Shown here piece by piece: positions 28,931 through 38,044 of a stretch of 64,000 bases of DNA; the stretch's first letter is position 1; every line of letters starts with the position of its first letter. The position numbers and the translations under genes were made by a program. The stretch spans positions 131,538 through 195,537 of the forward strand of contig JAFYER010000012.1 in the NCBI GenBank assembly GCA_017544165.1, in the 5' to 3' direction. Under the pieces are notes generated by a model. It was given only the letters and a program-made list of their open reading frames with translations. It searched no databases and had not been told where the DNA came from. The stretch comes from Bacilli bacterium. GTDB taxonomy: Bacteria; Bacillota_I; Bacilli_A; RF39; UBA660.

Positions 28931-29045
28931 AATTACTTATACCTCGCATAAATAAGTATAACAATTAATTGCCTTTTTTAAAAGAGATTACCCCAATTTA
29001 ACATTGCCTTTTTACACTAAAAATCAGTGTTTTTTAACACTGACA

Positions 29046-30179
29046 TTAATTTTTTCTTGAATTATCAATTTTAATATTTTGGGAAATAAGCAAACATTTT
29101 TGATATAATTCTCGATTGTATGTTGAATCTGCCTTTTTAAAATGATTTTCTAAATCTTCGATAATACTTAGACATTCATCATTATTTTCATAACATGAAG
29201 CCATATCTCCTAAAGATTTATATATAGCATCTTTATTTTCCCTTACTTCATAATAAGCAATAATAAATATATCCTTTAATAACTGACTAATTGGCAAAGA
29301 CTTAATAACCTCTAGTGATATTATTTCACCCTCGATGTAATCAAGTAAATCATTAAATGACAAAGCTTTTGTTTTTTTATTACTAGTCTTAGGAGTTTTT
29401 GGTTTTGATGGTGTTACTTTACCTTCCTTTTTCATCATAATGCTCTGTTTTAAATTTATAATATTAGGATTATTATTAAACGGTGATTTATCAATCAATG
29501 ATAAAGCTTCATCATATCTTTTTAACTGAGCTAAAATAGATGGTATTTGAATAAAAGCATCCATATTATTGAGGTAATCCATTTTAATAGCTGTTTCTAA
29601 AGCAAGTTCATACTCACCAAGCAACTTTAATATTTTAATCAGATATAAATTTGCCTCAATATTGTCTTTAAATCTTTCATCTGTACAATATCCTTGGGCT
29701 TTACGTAGAAATTGTCTAGCACGGCCAGGATTTCTTTCCTCCTTAGCAGCTTCAATCAATCTGTCAATTTCCTTAATGTAGTCTTCAAATTCATTTGAAG
29801 TAACTTTTGCCTCTATCCCGTTAATTCTAAATAAATCTTTTTTTATTCTCTCTGCCTTTTGAATAAAGCCTGGATGTTCAGCGTATTCAGGACGCATGCA
29901 TATAGCATTTGCCTTTTCATAATTTTTATTGCCAGCATATGCTTCGACTAATTTTAATTGGATAGACATTTCATTTGTAAAATCTAGTCTTTCACCAATT
30001 GCAATTGCTTCACTATATCTTTTAAGCATACATAATATTTCCATTTTTTGATGTTGAATACTAACATCATCTCTATAATCTGGATTATTACATAATTCTA
30101 AAGCTCTTTCTAAGTTATTCTCTGAACGCTTATACTTATTAATTTTAAGTAATATTTTCTTTTTTATGCTATCTGCCAT
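29046..30179 (-). CDS. TPR-repeat protein
   Basis: 377 aa with repeated A..Y...G.Y..A helical repeats throughout. Confidence 0.5.
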   Translation of the reverse strand: MADSIKKKILLKINKYKRSENNLERALELCNNPDYRDDVSIQHQKMEILCMLKRYSEAIAIGERLDFTNEMSIQLKLVEAYAGNKNYEKANAICMRPEYAEHPGFIQKAERIKKDLFRINGIEAKVTSNEFEDYIKEIDRLIEAAKEERNPGRARQFLRKAQGYCTDERFKDNIEANLYLIKILKLLGEYELALETAIKMDYLNNMDAFIQIPSILAQLKRYDEALSLIDKSPFNNNPNIINLKQSIMMKKEGKVTPSKPKTPKTSNKKTKALSFNDLLDYIEGEIISLEVIKSLPISQLLKDIFIIAYYEVRENKDAIYKSLGDMASCYENNDECLSIIEDLENHFKKADSTYNRELYQKCLLISQNIKIDNSRKN

Positions 30180-30243
30180 TAAATCACCTTTTTCAAAAAA
30201 AAATATACCACAATATATTTTTTAAAGCAATTAAAAAAGAGCA

Positions 30244-30804
30244 TTAAGCTCTTCCTGAATATTTTCCATCTTTAGTAGATACAATTATTTTTTCACCTTG
30301 ATTAATAAAAAGTGGAACCTTCACAACATAACCTGTTTCAATAGTAGCATCTTTACTAGCGTTAGTAGCAGTATTTCCCTTGACAGCAGGTTCTGTATCA
30401 ATTATTTCATATTCAACTTTTTCAGGTAATGTTATACCAATAATCTCGCCTTCGAAGAAATCAATTTGAATGTCTAAGCCCTCTTTAATAAACTTTTTAT
30501 TATCGCCAAGCTTATCACCAGGAACTTCAATTTGTTCATATGTTTCATTATTCATAAATGTATAGGTATCGCCAGCATTATATAAATATTGAACATTTAT
30601 TTTTTCAATATGAGCTTTTGTTATTTTAATGTTAGTATTATATGTGTCTTCTGTTGTAGAACCAGTTCTTAAGTTTTTAAGTTTAATTCTAACAAAAGCA
30701 GGACCTTTTCCAGGCTTTACATGTTGAAATTCTTGGATAACACATAAATTGCCATCCATAATAATTGTCATACCATTTTTAATATCGTTAATATTAATTT
30801 GCAT
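30244..30804 (-). CDS. efp: elongation factor P
   Basis: ININDIKNGMTI...KPGKGPAFVRIKLKNLRTG, the EF-P KOW domain with the conserved Lys in KPGKG. Confidence 0.9.
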   Translation of the reverse strand: MQININDIKNGMTIIMDGNLCVIQEFQHVKPGKGPAFVRIKLKNLRTGSTTEDTYNTNIKITKAHIEKINVQYLYNAGDTYTFMNNETYEQIEVPGDKLGDNKKFIKEGLDIQIDFFEGEIIGITLPEKVEYEIIDTEPAVKGNTATNASKDATIETGYVVKVPLFINQGEKIIVSTKDGKYSGRA

Positions 30805-30814
30805 GTTTTACTCC

Positions 30815-30979
30815 TTATTTCTTTTCTTTTGCTACAACATGTTTGCGACATTTAGAACAATATCTTTTAAGTTCTAAACGATCAGTAGTATTTTTCTTAT
30901 TTTTGTTAAGTGGACGAAGTTCTTGACCACATTCACTACATTTATTTGTTACATAAACTCTATTTTCATTTTTAGCCAT
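30815..30979 (-). CDS. rpmG: 50S ribosomal protein L33
   Basis: MAKNENRVYVTNKCSECGQ...NTTDRLELKRYCSKCRKHVVAKE, the Zn-ribbon L33. The start is set at the ATG at 30979 with RBS GGAGGC. The upstream extension of the raw ORF is not used. Confidence 0.8.
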   Translation of the reverse strand: MAKNENRVYVTNKCSECGQELRPLNKNKKNTTDRLELKRYCSKCRKHVVAKEKK

Positions 30980-31022
30980 AGTATTGCCTCCTTTTTTAAT
31001 CTTTCTTATTATATCAAAAGCA

Positions 31023-32978
31023 TTACATATTTTCAAACATAAAATCAGTAATTTCCCTACTTATATAGTATGTAAGAGGATAAACAAAATCGCTTTTATT
31101 ATTAATCGTTGATGCATTAGGAGAAATAATAATCATGCTATATGTTGGATTATCATATGGATAAAAACCTACCATTGTAAGCGTAATTGTAGCAGTATCA
31201 ATTATTCCATTTTCATCAGCATCATAAAATGATTCACTTGTTCCTGTTTTACCAGCTGGAATTAAATTTTGATTCATAAATCCATAGCCAGTTCCTCCCC
31301 TTTCATTCATAACTTGATAAAATCCTTGAAAAATAATTTTATAGTGTTCATCAGTTAAACCAGTTTTAGAAACAATTTCTTTACTATTTTGCCAAATAAT
31401 ATTATTATTATTTTTAATAGATTCTACCAAATAGGGTTTCCTTCGATTCCCTTTATCTGCAAGAGTATTAATATATGTTACTAGTTCAATTGGGGTATAT
31501 GTATCATACTGACCTATAGCTAAATTTAAATATAAATCTGAAGAAATGGTATTGCCAATTAAACCAATCTTTTCATTTGGCAAATCAATACCCGTTTTAA
31601 TTCCAAGTCCATAAGAAGCAAGCATATCGCGATAGATATTAAAGTCATCTTTTGTCACCTCAAAATCCATATCATAAGTATAATTTAATCCAAGCATTTT
31701 TATCGCAAGTAAAAATTGATAATAATTTGAGCTTTGTTCTAAAGCTTTTACAGCATCAATGTATCCCAAACTTTTCCATGAACATTTAGGATTCATATTT
31801 TGAAGTTTTACACAAGAATCTAATATTATTTCATTTGGGTCAAAAATATCATTTTTTAAAGCAACTGACATGGTAGCTCCTTTGACGACTGAACCCATTG
31901 TAAATGATGATGTTAAACATCCAAGTGTAATATCACTAAATTCACCATTTTTTAAAAATCTTTTACCTGAAATAGCTCTTATTTCCCCGGTTTTTGGATT
32001 AGATAAAATAACATATGTATCACTTAAATTGTCTGTGTTTGGATATGTTTTTGATTTTTTTAGATTTTTTTCAATTATTTCTTCGATTTTTAATTGAATA
32101 CTTATATCAATAGCTAAATATAAATCATTTCCTATCTTTTCTTTTTCAAGTAATGTAAGGGAATTATCATTATTAACCAAATATTTGGCTTTAGTGCCCC
32201 TTAAAAAATGATCATACTCTTTTTCTAAATAACTTAATCCTACAATGTCATCTAAAGAATAGCCATTATTTAAATATTCTTCTTTTTCTTCTTTAGTTAT
32301 TTTACCTATTTTTCCAAATATATTTTGTAAAATGTTGCCAAACGGATAATACCTTTTAAAAGAAGATTCGATAGAAATACCTGGTATATTTTGCATAATA
32401 ATTTTATTAACCTCTTCGTCTGTTAAATCTTCTCTAATAATCATTGGGCTTTTGTCATACCCACTATTTAAAAGAGCATAAGCTTTAATAACATTTAATT
32501 CATCTATAGATATGCTATCTATCAAAGATATTATCTTATCATCAATAATTTCATCAAAGGACCTTTCTCTAGTTTTTATCTCATATTTTTCACTTTCAGA
32601 TAACATTTTCGAAGTGTTTTTAGTTTCCTTATACCAATTTATTATCTCCTTTTCACTAGGCTTATCAAAAACAAAAAGATTTGCCACCTTTTTTGCAACA
32701 TCTATTTTATCAATACCTTTCAAATTATAAAAAACAAGATTATTTGTCATTATATTATCGACAAGAGCAATCCCGTTTTTATCATAGATTCTTCCTCTTG
32801 GAGCAGTCTTTCCTTCGACAATTATATTATTTTTACTATCTATTAGGCTTTTCATATAATTATGATTTAAATGATAGAAAATAAGAATGTATGTTAATAA
32901 AATAATAAAAATAATAATTATTATTATTTTAGTTATAAACACTTTTATTTGCACATAACCACCATTATTAGTATTCAA
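31023..32978 (-). CDS. penicillin-binding protein 2-type peptidoglycan D,D-transpeptidase
   Basis: N-terminal TM helix and a PBP dimerisation domain. A transpeptidase region ends with KTGT (AGKTGTSE); the SxxK and SxN motifs are not individually located. Confidence 0.85.
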   Translation of the reverse strand: MNTNNGGYVQIKVFITKIIIIIIFIILLTYILIFYHLNHNYMKSLIDSKNNIIVEGKTAPRGRIYDKNGIALVDNIMTNNLVFYNLKGIDKIDVAKKVANLFVFDKPSEKEIINWYKETKNTSKMLSESEKYEIKTRERSFDEIIDDKIISLIDSISIDELNVIKAYALLNSGYDKSPMIIREDLTDEEVNKIIMQNIPGISIESSFKRYYPFGNILQNIFGKIGKITKEEKEEYLNNGYSLDDIVGLSYLEKEYDHFLRGTKAKYLVNNDNSLTLLEKEKIGNDLYLAIDISIQLKIEEIIEKNLKKSKTYPNTDNLSDTYVILSNPKTGEIRAISGKRFLKNGEFSDITLGCLTSSFTMGSVVKGATMSVALKNDIFDPNEIILDSCVKLQNMNPKCSWKSLGYIDAVKALEQSSNYYQFLLAIKMLGLNYTYDMDFEVTKDDFNIYRDMLASYGLGIKTGIDLPNEKIGLIGNTISSDLYLNLAIGQYDTYTPIELVTYINTLADKGNRRKPYLVESIKNNNNIIWQNSKEIVSKTGLTDEHYKIIFQGFYQVMNERGGTGYGFMNQNLIPAGKTGTSESFYDADENGIIDTATITLTMVGFYPYDNPTYSMIIISPNASTINNKSDFVYPLTYYISREITDFMFENM

Positions 32979-33016
32979 TTATTCAACATATTCATACAAT
33001 ATAACAAGGTGATAAA

Positions 33017-33277
33017 ATGTTTAATATTATAGAAAGATATATCTCAAAACTATCTAAAGAGGATATCAATAATTTTGCTAAAAGCAAAAATATAATTTTA
33101 AATGAAAATGAATTGGATTTTACATATTCCTTTATTAAAAAAAACTATAAAGATATTTTAAAAAATCCTAATCTTTTTAATATTGATTTATATAAAAATA
33201 AATATCAAAGTGATAATTTTAATAAAATAAAAAAAGTATTTGTTGAATACTTTTCTAAATATCAAAAATTTTTATAA
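33017..33277 (+). CDS. hypothetical small protein
   Basis: 86-aa plus-strand ORF with RBS AAGGTGA, between minus-strand genes. Lys/Asn-rich. Confidence 0.4.
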   Translation: MFNIIERYISKLSKEDINNFAKSKNIILNENELDFTYSFIKKNYKDILKNPNLFNIDLYKNKYQSDNFNKIKKVFVEYFSKYQKFL

Positions 33278-34158
33278 TAGTTTTGAACATCTTCCTTTAA
33301 AGTAGGATTAAACTTTTTTTCTATAATTGATTCAATCTCAAATTTGTAAGGTGGGTATTCTTCGATATAAGGTGTTTCGAGGATTTTAGGAACATCTTTT
33401 AATTTTTCGTTATATATTGCATTTATTAAATTGTCAAAACCTATTGTTCCAAAACCAATATTAGCATGACGATCTTTATGAGAACCTATTGGATTCAAAC
33501 TATCATTTACATGGATACAGCCGACCTTTTTTAAACCAATTGTACTTTCAAATAGTTCAAGATACTTATCAAAACTACTTATTTCAATGCCAGAATCATT
33601 TAAATGGCATGTATCAAGACATACACCAATCTTATTTTGATAAATAATATTATCAATAATTGTTTTTAATTCATCAATATTACTTCCTAATTCAGTTCCT
33701 TTACCAGCCATTGTTTCTAGTAAAATAGTTACATTAGTATTTTCATCAATTACTTCATTTAAGGCTTCGATGATGTTATTAATTCCTTCTTCTTTAGTAT
33801 GGGATACAGCACTTCCTGGATGTAAAACAATATATTTAACACCTAATTCTTCACATCTTTTAATCTCTGCCTTTAAAAAATTAATACTAAATTGCCAGGC
33901 ATCTAGTTTAGCTTTATTAGCAAGATTAATTATATATGGGGCATGACATATGACATTATTAATATCCACGTCATTTTCTTCCATTAATTCCCAAGCTTTT
34001 AATGTAGTATTTTTATCAATTGCTTTTCTAACCGTATTTTGGGGTGCTCCAGTATAAAACATAAACGTATTAGCGCCATATGATAAAGTTTCTTTTACAC
34101 TACCTAGTAAACCATCATTTTTAAAACTTACATGTGAACCAATTATCATTTTAAACAT
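33262..34158 (-). CDS. nfo: deoxyribonuclease IV (endonuclease IV)
   Basis: IGSHVS...GANTFMFYTGAPQNT...HAPYIINLAN and the TIM-barrel metal ligands (H/D/E) conserved in Nfo. Confidence 0.85.
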   Translation of the reverse strand: MFKMIIGSHVSFKNDGLLGSVKETLSYGANTFMFYTGAPQNTVRKAIDKNTTLKAWELMEENDVDINNVICHAPYIINLANKAKLDAWQFSINFLKAEIKRCEELGVKYIVLHPGSAVSHTKEEGINNIIEALNEVIDENTNVTILLETMAGKGTELGSNIDELKTIIDNIIYQNKIGVCLDTCHLNDSGIEISSFDKYLELFESTIGLKKVGCIHVNDSLNPIGSHKDRHANIGFGTIGFDNLINAIYNEKLKDVPKILETPYIEEYPPYKFEIESIIEKKFNPTLKEDVQNYYKNF

Positions 34159-34302
34159 CCTTTCGGTAAAAAATATATCTTAATATATTATCTTCTTTCA
34201 TTAATTGTACTAAAATAAGGATTAAATAGCAAACAAAAAACCGACATTTTGAAATGTACACTTTAAAGTAAACATCAATTTCTATCGGTTTTTTATTCTA
34301 TT

Positions 34303-34872
34303 CTATTTTAAACAACCATTACCAGCTTTAGAACAGTAAGTCCATCCTGATATCTTATTTGATGAAGGTGTTTTTCCACAAGCTTTAATTTTAGTTTTAT
34401 TAGCTGCAGTTATAGTACCATCGGTTACAGTATTTGTTGTATCCTCAACATCAAATTTTGCAGGATCAATTCCATTTGTAAGTCCAGTACCTACTCCACC
34501 AAATGTATAAGAACCATTACTTAACCAGAATTTATACGTTAACTTTCCACTCGAATATGTAGCTAAAACTGATCCATAGTAGCCATCACCACCACTAGTA
34601 CATCCCTTTTCAAAATAATTGCTATTGCAAAGCCATTCAAGGTCAAAACAAGCAGAATCTGTTGGGCCAACTTTACCAGATAATTGTTCTGTTTGATAAG
34701 CTGTTTTTGCAGCATTAACCATTCCTACACCTTCAGTACCTAATGCACTTTTTCTTGCTTTAGTCATTAATGGGCCAACTGCAGTAACAGCGATTAACAT
34801 AACAACCGCTAAAATAACGATAACAGCTAGTAATTCAACTAGTGTAAAACCTTTCTTATTTAATTTTTTCAT
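34303..34872 (-). CDS. type IV pilin / pseudopilin (prepilin-type N-terminal cleavage-methylation domain)
   Basis: KKG|FTLVELLAVIVILAV class III signal peptide, then a 150-aa Gly/Ser/Thr-rich globular domain with 6 Cys. No pilus assembly genes lie adjacent. Confidence 0.7.
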   Translation of the reverse strand: MKKLNKKGFTLVELLAVIVILAVVMLIAVTAVGPLMTKARKSALGTEGVGMVNAAKTAYQTEQLSGKVGPTDSACFDLEWLCNSNYFEKGCTSGGDGYYGSVLATYSSGKLTYKFWLSNGSYTFGGVGTGLTNGIDPAKFDVEDTTNTVTDGTITAANKTKIKACGKTPSSNKISGWTYCSKAGNGCLK

Positions 34873-34933
34873 TTAATCTACTCTCCTTATGATTACATAT
34901 TATCACAAGAATGGTATTATTTCAATAGAATAA

Positions 34934-35155
34934 TTAGTTAATTGTGTCAACAATCGAAGAAATTAAATCAATATTATCGATTGCACTATTAATTTTATCC
35001 GAAGGCCTTTCTTTATATAATATTTTCATTTGTTTTTTAAAGATATTTATTGATTCCGGATTACGATTTAATTCTTTAATCCAGTATGAATGATCTTTTA
35101 ATTGGTTAAGAAGTTTTTCATTTTCTAAAAACTTGCTAAATGTTAGTTTATTCAT
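34934..35155 (-). CDS. YlbE-like small protein
   Basis: 73 aa. The F...NP.WY..L.R.P........K..Y pattern resembles B. subtilis YlbE, and the gene sits next to a YlbD-like gene. Confidence 0.4.
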   Translation of the reverse strand: MNKLTFSKFLENEKLLNQLKDHSYWIKELNRNPESINIFKKQMKILYKERPSDKINSAIDNIDLISSIVDTIN

Positions 35156-35500
35156 CTAATCCTCAAAAAATTTGTTAATAGGTCTTGGAGAAACAACTGA
35201 CTTAGTTATTTTTTCTACGCTGTCTTTACTGGTTAATTCTTGCACAAAATCAAGCGCTTTTTGAGCGGTAGAAATATGTTCTTTTATAGAATTAATATCA
35301 ACGTTTTTAATTAAATCATTGATCTTAAATGAATTATTATCTTTACTTCTATCTAAATATTTATCCCAAACTTCACTATTTTCTCCATATAGATCATACA
35401 TTTCATAAAACTTTTGCCATGTCATTGAACCATTTTCAACATAACTTGCAAGTTTTGGCTTACTTGATACAAATTTTCTAAAATCCTCTTTGCTTGCCAT
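35156..35500 (-). CDS. YlbD-like protein
   Basis: MASKEDFRKFVSSKPKLASYVENGSMTWQKFYEMYDLYGENSEVWDKY resembles the YlbD N-terminal signature. The start is set at 35500 (RBS AGGTGA), not the longer raw ORF that overlaps parC. Confidence 0.4.
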   Translation of the reverse strand: MASKEDFRKFVSSKPKLASYVENGSMTWQKFYEMYDLYGENSEVWDKYLDRSKDNNSFKINDLIKNVDINSIKEHISTAQKALDFVQELTSKDSVEKITKSVVSPRPINKFFED

Positions 35501-35546
35501 AATATCACCTAGTAATATATATGAAAAAAAGTAGAATAAATCTACT

Positions 35547-38042
35547 TTAAATCTTAAAATCATTAATAAAATCACTAAATGATAATTGTTCTTCACTATT
35601 TGTTTTTTCTATTTGTTCAACTTCTTTTGCTTCGCTATACTCTATAGCTTTTGGTTTCATATCATCTATTTTATTTTTGGTAATTAAACTTCCCACACTA
35701 TTAATATCTAATATAGATATGTCTGCATTTTTAATCTCTTTTATTTCGCTATCACATTTTAGTAAATTAATAGTCCTACTGTCAGATGGATAAGCGCAAG
35801 CAATAAAGCATTCTTTAGTTTTAGGTTTTTTTAGAATAAGTGCACCCTTTTTAGCTCTTGTTAGAACCTTTAGATCACTTAGTTTTACTCTTTTAGCAGT
35901 ATTATTGCTTGTTAAGACATTTAAATACTCGCTTGTTTCAGTTATTTGATTTGAACTAATTAAATAATCTTCTTTTAAATTAATTGCTTTAACGCCCGAT
36001 GCTTTTGTACCAATAGTTGGTATTTCATTACTTAAATATCTCAAATAATAGCCATTGTTTGTTACTAAAACTGTTTCACTGCCAAGCATTTCTGCTGAAA
36101 GAAGCTCATCACCTTCTTTTAACTTGATGGCACATATTGGTTTAGAGTATCTTTGAACTTCAAAATCATCAAGTAGTACACTTTTAATCATACCATTTTT
36201 AGTAGTTAAAACAATTTGTTTACCTTTTTCTAAAATTGCACTGCCAATTACTCTTTCATCTTGACTCATCATGACAATGTTGTTAACATGTTTACCTAAA
36301 TCTTTCCATTTACTTTCAAGAATTGTGTGAATTGGAATATATAGATAATTACCTAAGTTAGTAAATATTAATAACTTATTTTGGGTATTAGTGTTATAGA
36401 TATTTGTAATAAAGTCACCTGGTTTTAAAGCCATATCACCATCATTACTTGTATATGATTTAACCGATACTCTTTTTAAGTAACCTTCGTTAGTTACTAT
36501 TACTACTGTTTTTTCTTTAGGTATCATATCCATAGCATCAAGTTTAATTTCTGTTACTTCATCTCTTATTTCGGTTCTTCTTGGAGTAGCAAATTCTTTC
36601 TTTATAGCTAACAATTCATTTTTCATTTGTTTCTTTAACACTTCTTCATCACTTAGAATTTGTTTTAAAAATTCGATCATTCTTATCAAATCATTTTTCT
36701 CACCAAGAAGTTGCGTAATATCAGTATTTGATAAACGATATAGTTGCATTGTAACAATAGCGGTTGCTTGTTCCTCGGTAAAATCAAAAACCTTCATTAA
36801 ATTAGCTATTGAATCAGCCTTGTTTTTAGATGCTCTAATTGTTTTAATTACTTCATCCAGAACATCAATTGCCTTTAAAAGGCCTTCGACAATATGCATT
36901 CTAGAAAGTGCATGCTCTAAATCAAAATTAGTTCTTCTTAAAATGACATCCTTTTGATGAGCTATAAAAGCATCAAGAATAGCAAGAATACCTAATTGTT
37001 TAGGACGATGATTGACAATAGCAACCATATTAAAATTATAATTTATTTGTAAATCGGTATTTTTTAAAAGATAATTTAATATTAAATCAGCATTGGCATC
37101 TTTTTTAAGTTCAATAATAAGTTTTGCCATATGTTCACGGTCTGATTCATCACGGACATCAGTAATGCCATCAACCTTTTTATCAATTCTAATATCTTCG
37201 ATTTTCTTACGTAAACCCTCTTTTAAGACATCATAAGGTATTTCATGAATAATAATTTGTTTGCTACCTTTTTCACTAACAATCTCTGTTTTAGCTTTGA
37301 CTATTACCTTGCCTTTACCTGTTTCATAAGCTTGCATAAGGCCTAATTTGCCTTCGACAATGCCGCCAGTTGGAAAATCTGGTCCTTTGATAATATCCAT
37401 AATTGTTTCAAGACGGCAGTTTGGATTACTGATCCGGTGAACGGTTGCATCAATAACTTCCCCTAGATTATGTGGTGGAATATTTGTTGCATATCCAGCT
37501 GAAATACCTGTTGAACCATTAACTAAAAGATTTGGAAAGTTAGCCGGTAATACAGTTGGTTCTAATTCTTCATCACTATAGTTAAGCGCCATTTCTACTG
37601 CATTACGATTGATATCTTTAAGCATTACTTGGGCTATTTTTGTAAGCCTTGTTTCCGTATAACGATAGGCAGCTGGCCCATCACCATCGATTGAGCCATT
37701 ATTACCATGGATATCGATAAATACTTCCCGCATTTTCCACGGCTGTGACATATAAATCATAGCCCCATATATTGAGGAATCCCCATGAGGATGGTATTTA
37801 CCCATGACATCTCCAACCGCTTTAGCGCATTTACGATACGGTCTATCAAATGTATTGTGGTCCTCCCACATTGTATATAAAATTCTTCGTTGAACTGGTT
37901 TTAACCCATCACGAACATCAGGAAGAGCCCGATCTTGAATTATACTTTTAGCATAACGGCCAAAACGTTCACCAATGATATCTTCGAGAGTATAATCATA
38001 TATTTTTTCAATAATTGTTTTTTCTTCCTTTGCCTTTGCCAT
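35547..38042 (-). CDS. parC: DNA topoisomerase IV subunit A
   Basis: Type IIA topoisomerase A subunit with active-site Tyr region and DGLKPVQRRILY. No GyrA-box (QRRGGKG) is present in the C-terminal domain, and the locus is not at dnaA/dnaN-gyrB. Both points favour ParC over GyrA. Confidence 0.75.
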   Translation of the reverse strand: MAKAKEEKTIIEKIYDYTLEDIIGERFGRYAKSIIQDRALPDVRDGLKPVQRRILYTMWEDHNTFDRPYRKCAKAVGDVMGKYHPHGDSSIYGAMIYMSQPWKMREVFIDIHGNNGSIDGDGPAAYRYTETRLTKIAQVMLKDINRNAVEMALNYSDEELEPTVLPANFPNLLVNGSTGISAGYATNIPPHNLGEVIDATVHRISNPNCRLETIMDIIKGPDFPTGGIVEGKLGLMQAYETGKGKVIVKAKTEIVSEKGSKQIIIHEIPYDVLKEGLRKKIEDIRIDKKVDGITDVRDESDREHMAKLIIELKKDANADLILNYLLKNTDLQINYNFNMVAIVNHRPKQLGILAILDAFIAHQKDVILRRTNFDLEHALSRMHIVEGLLKAIDVLDEVIKTIRASKNKADSIANLMKVFDFTEEQATAIVTMQLYRLSNTDITQLLGEKNDLIRMIEFLKQILSDEEVLKKQMKNELLAIKKEFATPRRTEIRDEVTEIKLDAMDMIPKEKTVVIVTNEGYLKRVSVKSYTSNDGDMALKPGDFITNIYNTNTQNKLLIFTNLGNYLYIPIHTILESKWKDLGKHVNNIVMMSQDERVIGSAILEKGKQIVLTTKNGMIKSVLLDDFEVQRYSKPICAIKLKEGDELLSAEMLGSETVLVTNNGYYLRYLSNEIPTIGTKASGVKAINLKEDYLISSNQITETSEYLNVLTSNNTAKRVKLSDLKVLTRAKKGALILKKPKTKECFIACAYPSDSRTINLLKCDSEIKEIKNADISILDINSVGSLITKNKIDDMKPKAIEYSEAKEVEQIEKTNSEEQLSFSDFINDFKI

Positions 38043-38044
38043 GA

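Noticed and set aside
34159-34302. Long-loop hairpin (AACCGA...TCGGTT with a ~45-nt loop) downstream of the pilin gene as a terminator.
   Set aside because: The stem is short (6 bp) and the loop very large. This is insufficient for a confident rho-independent terminator call.
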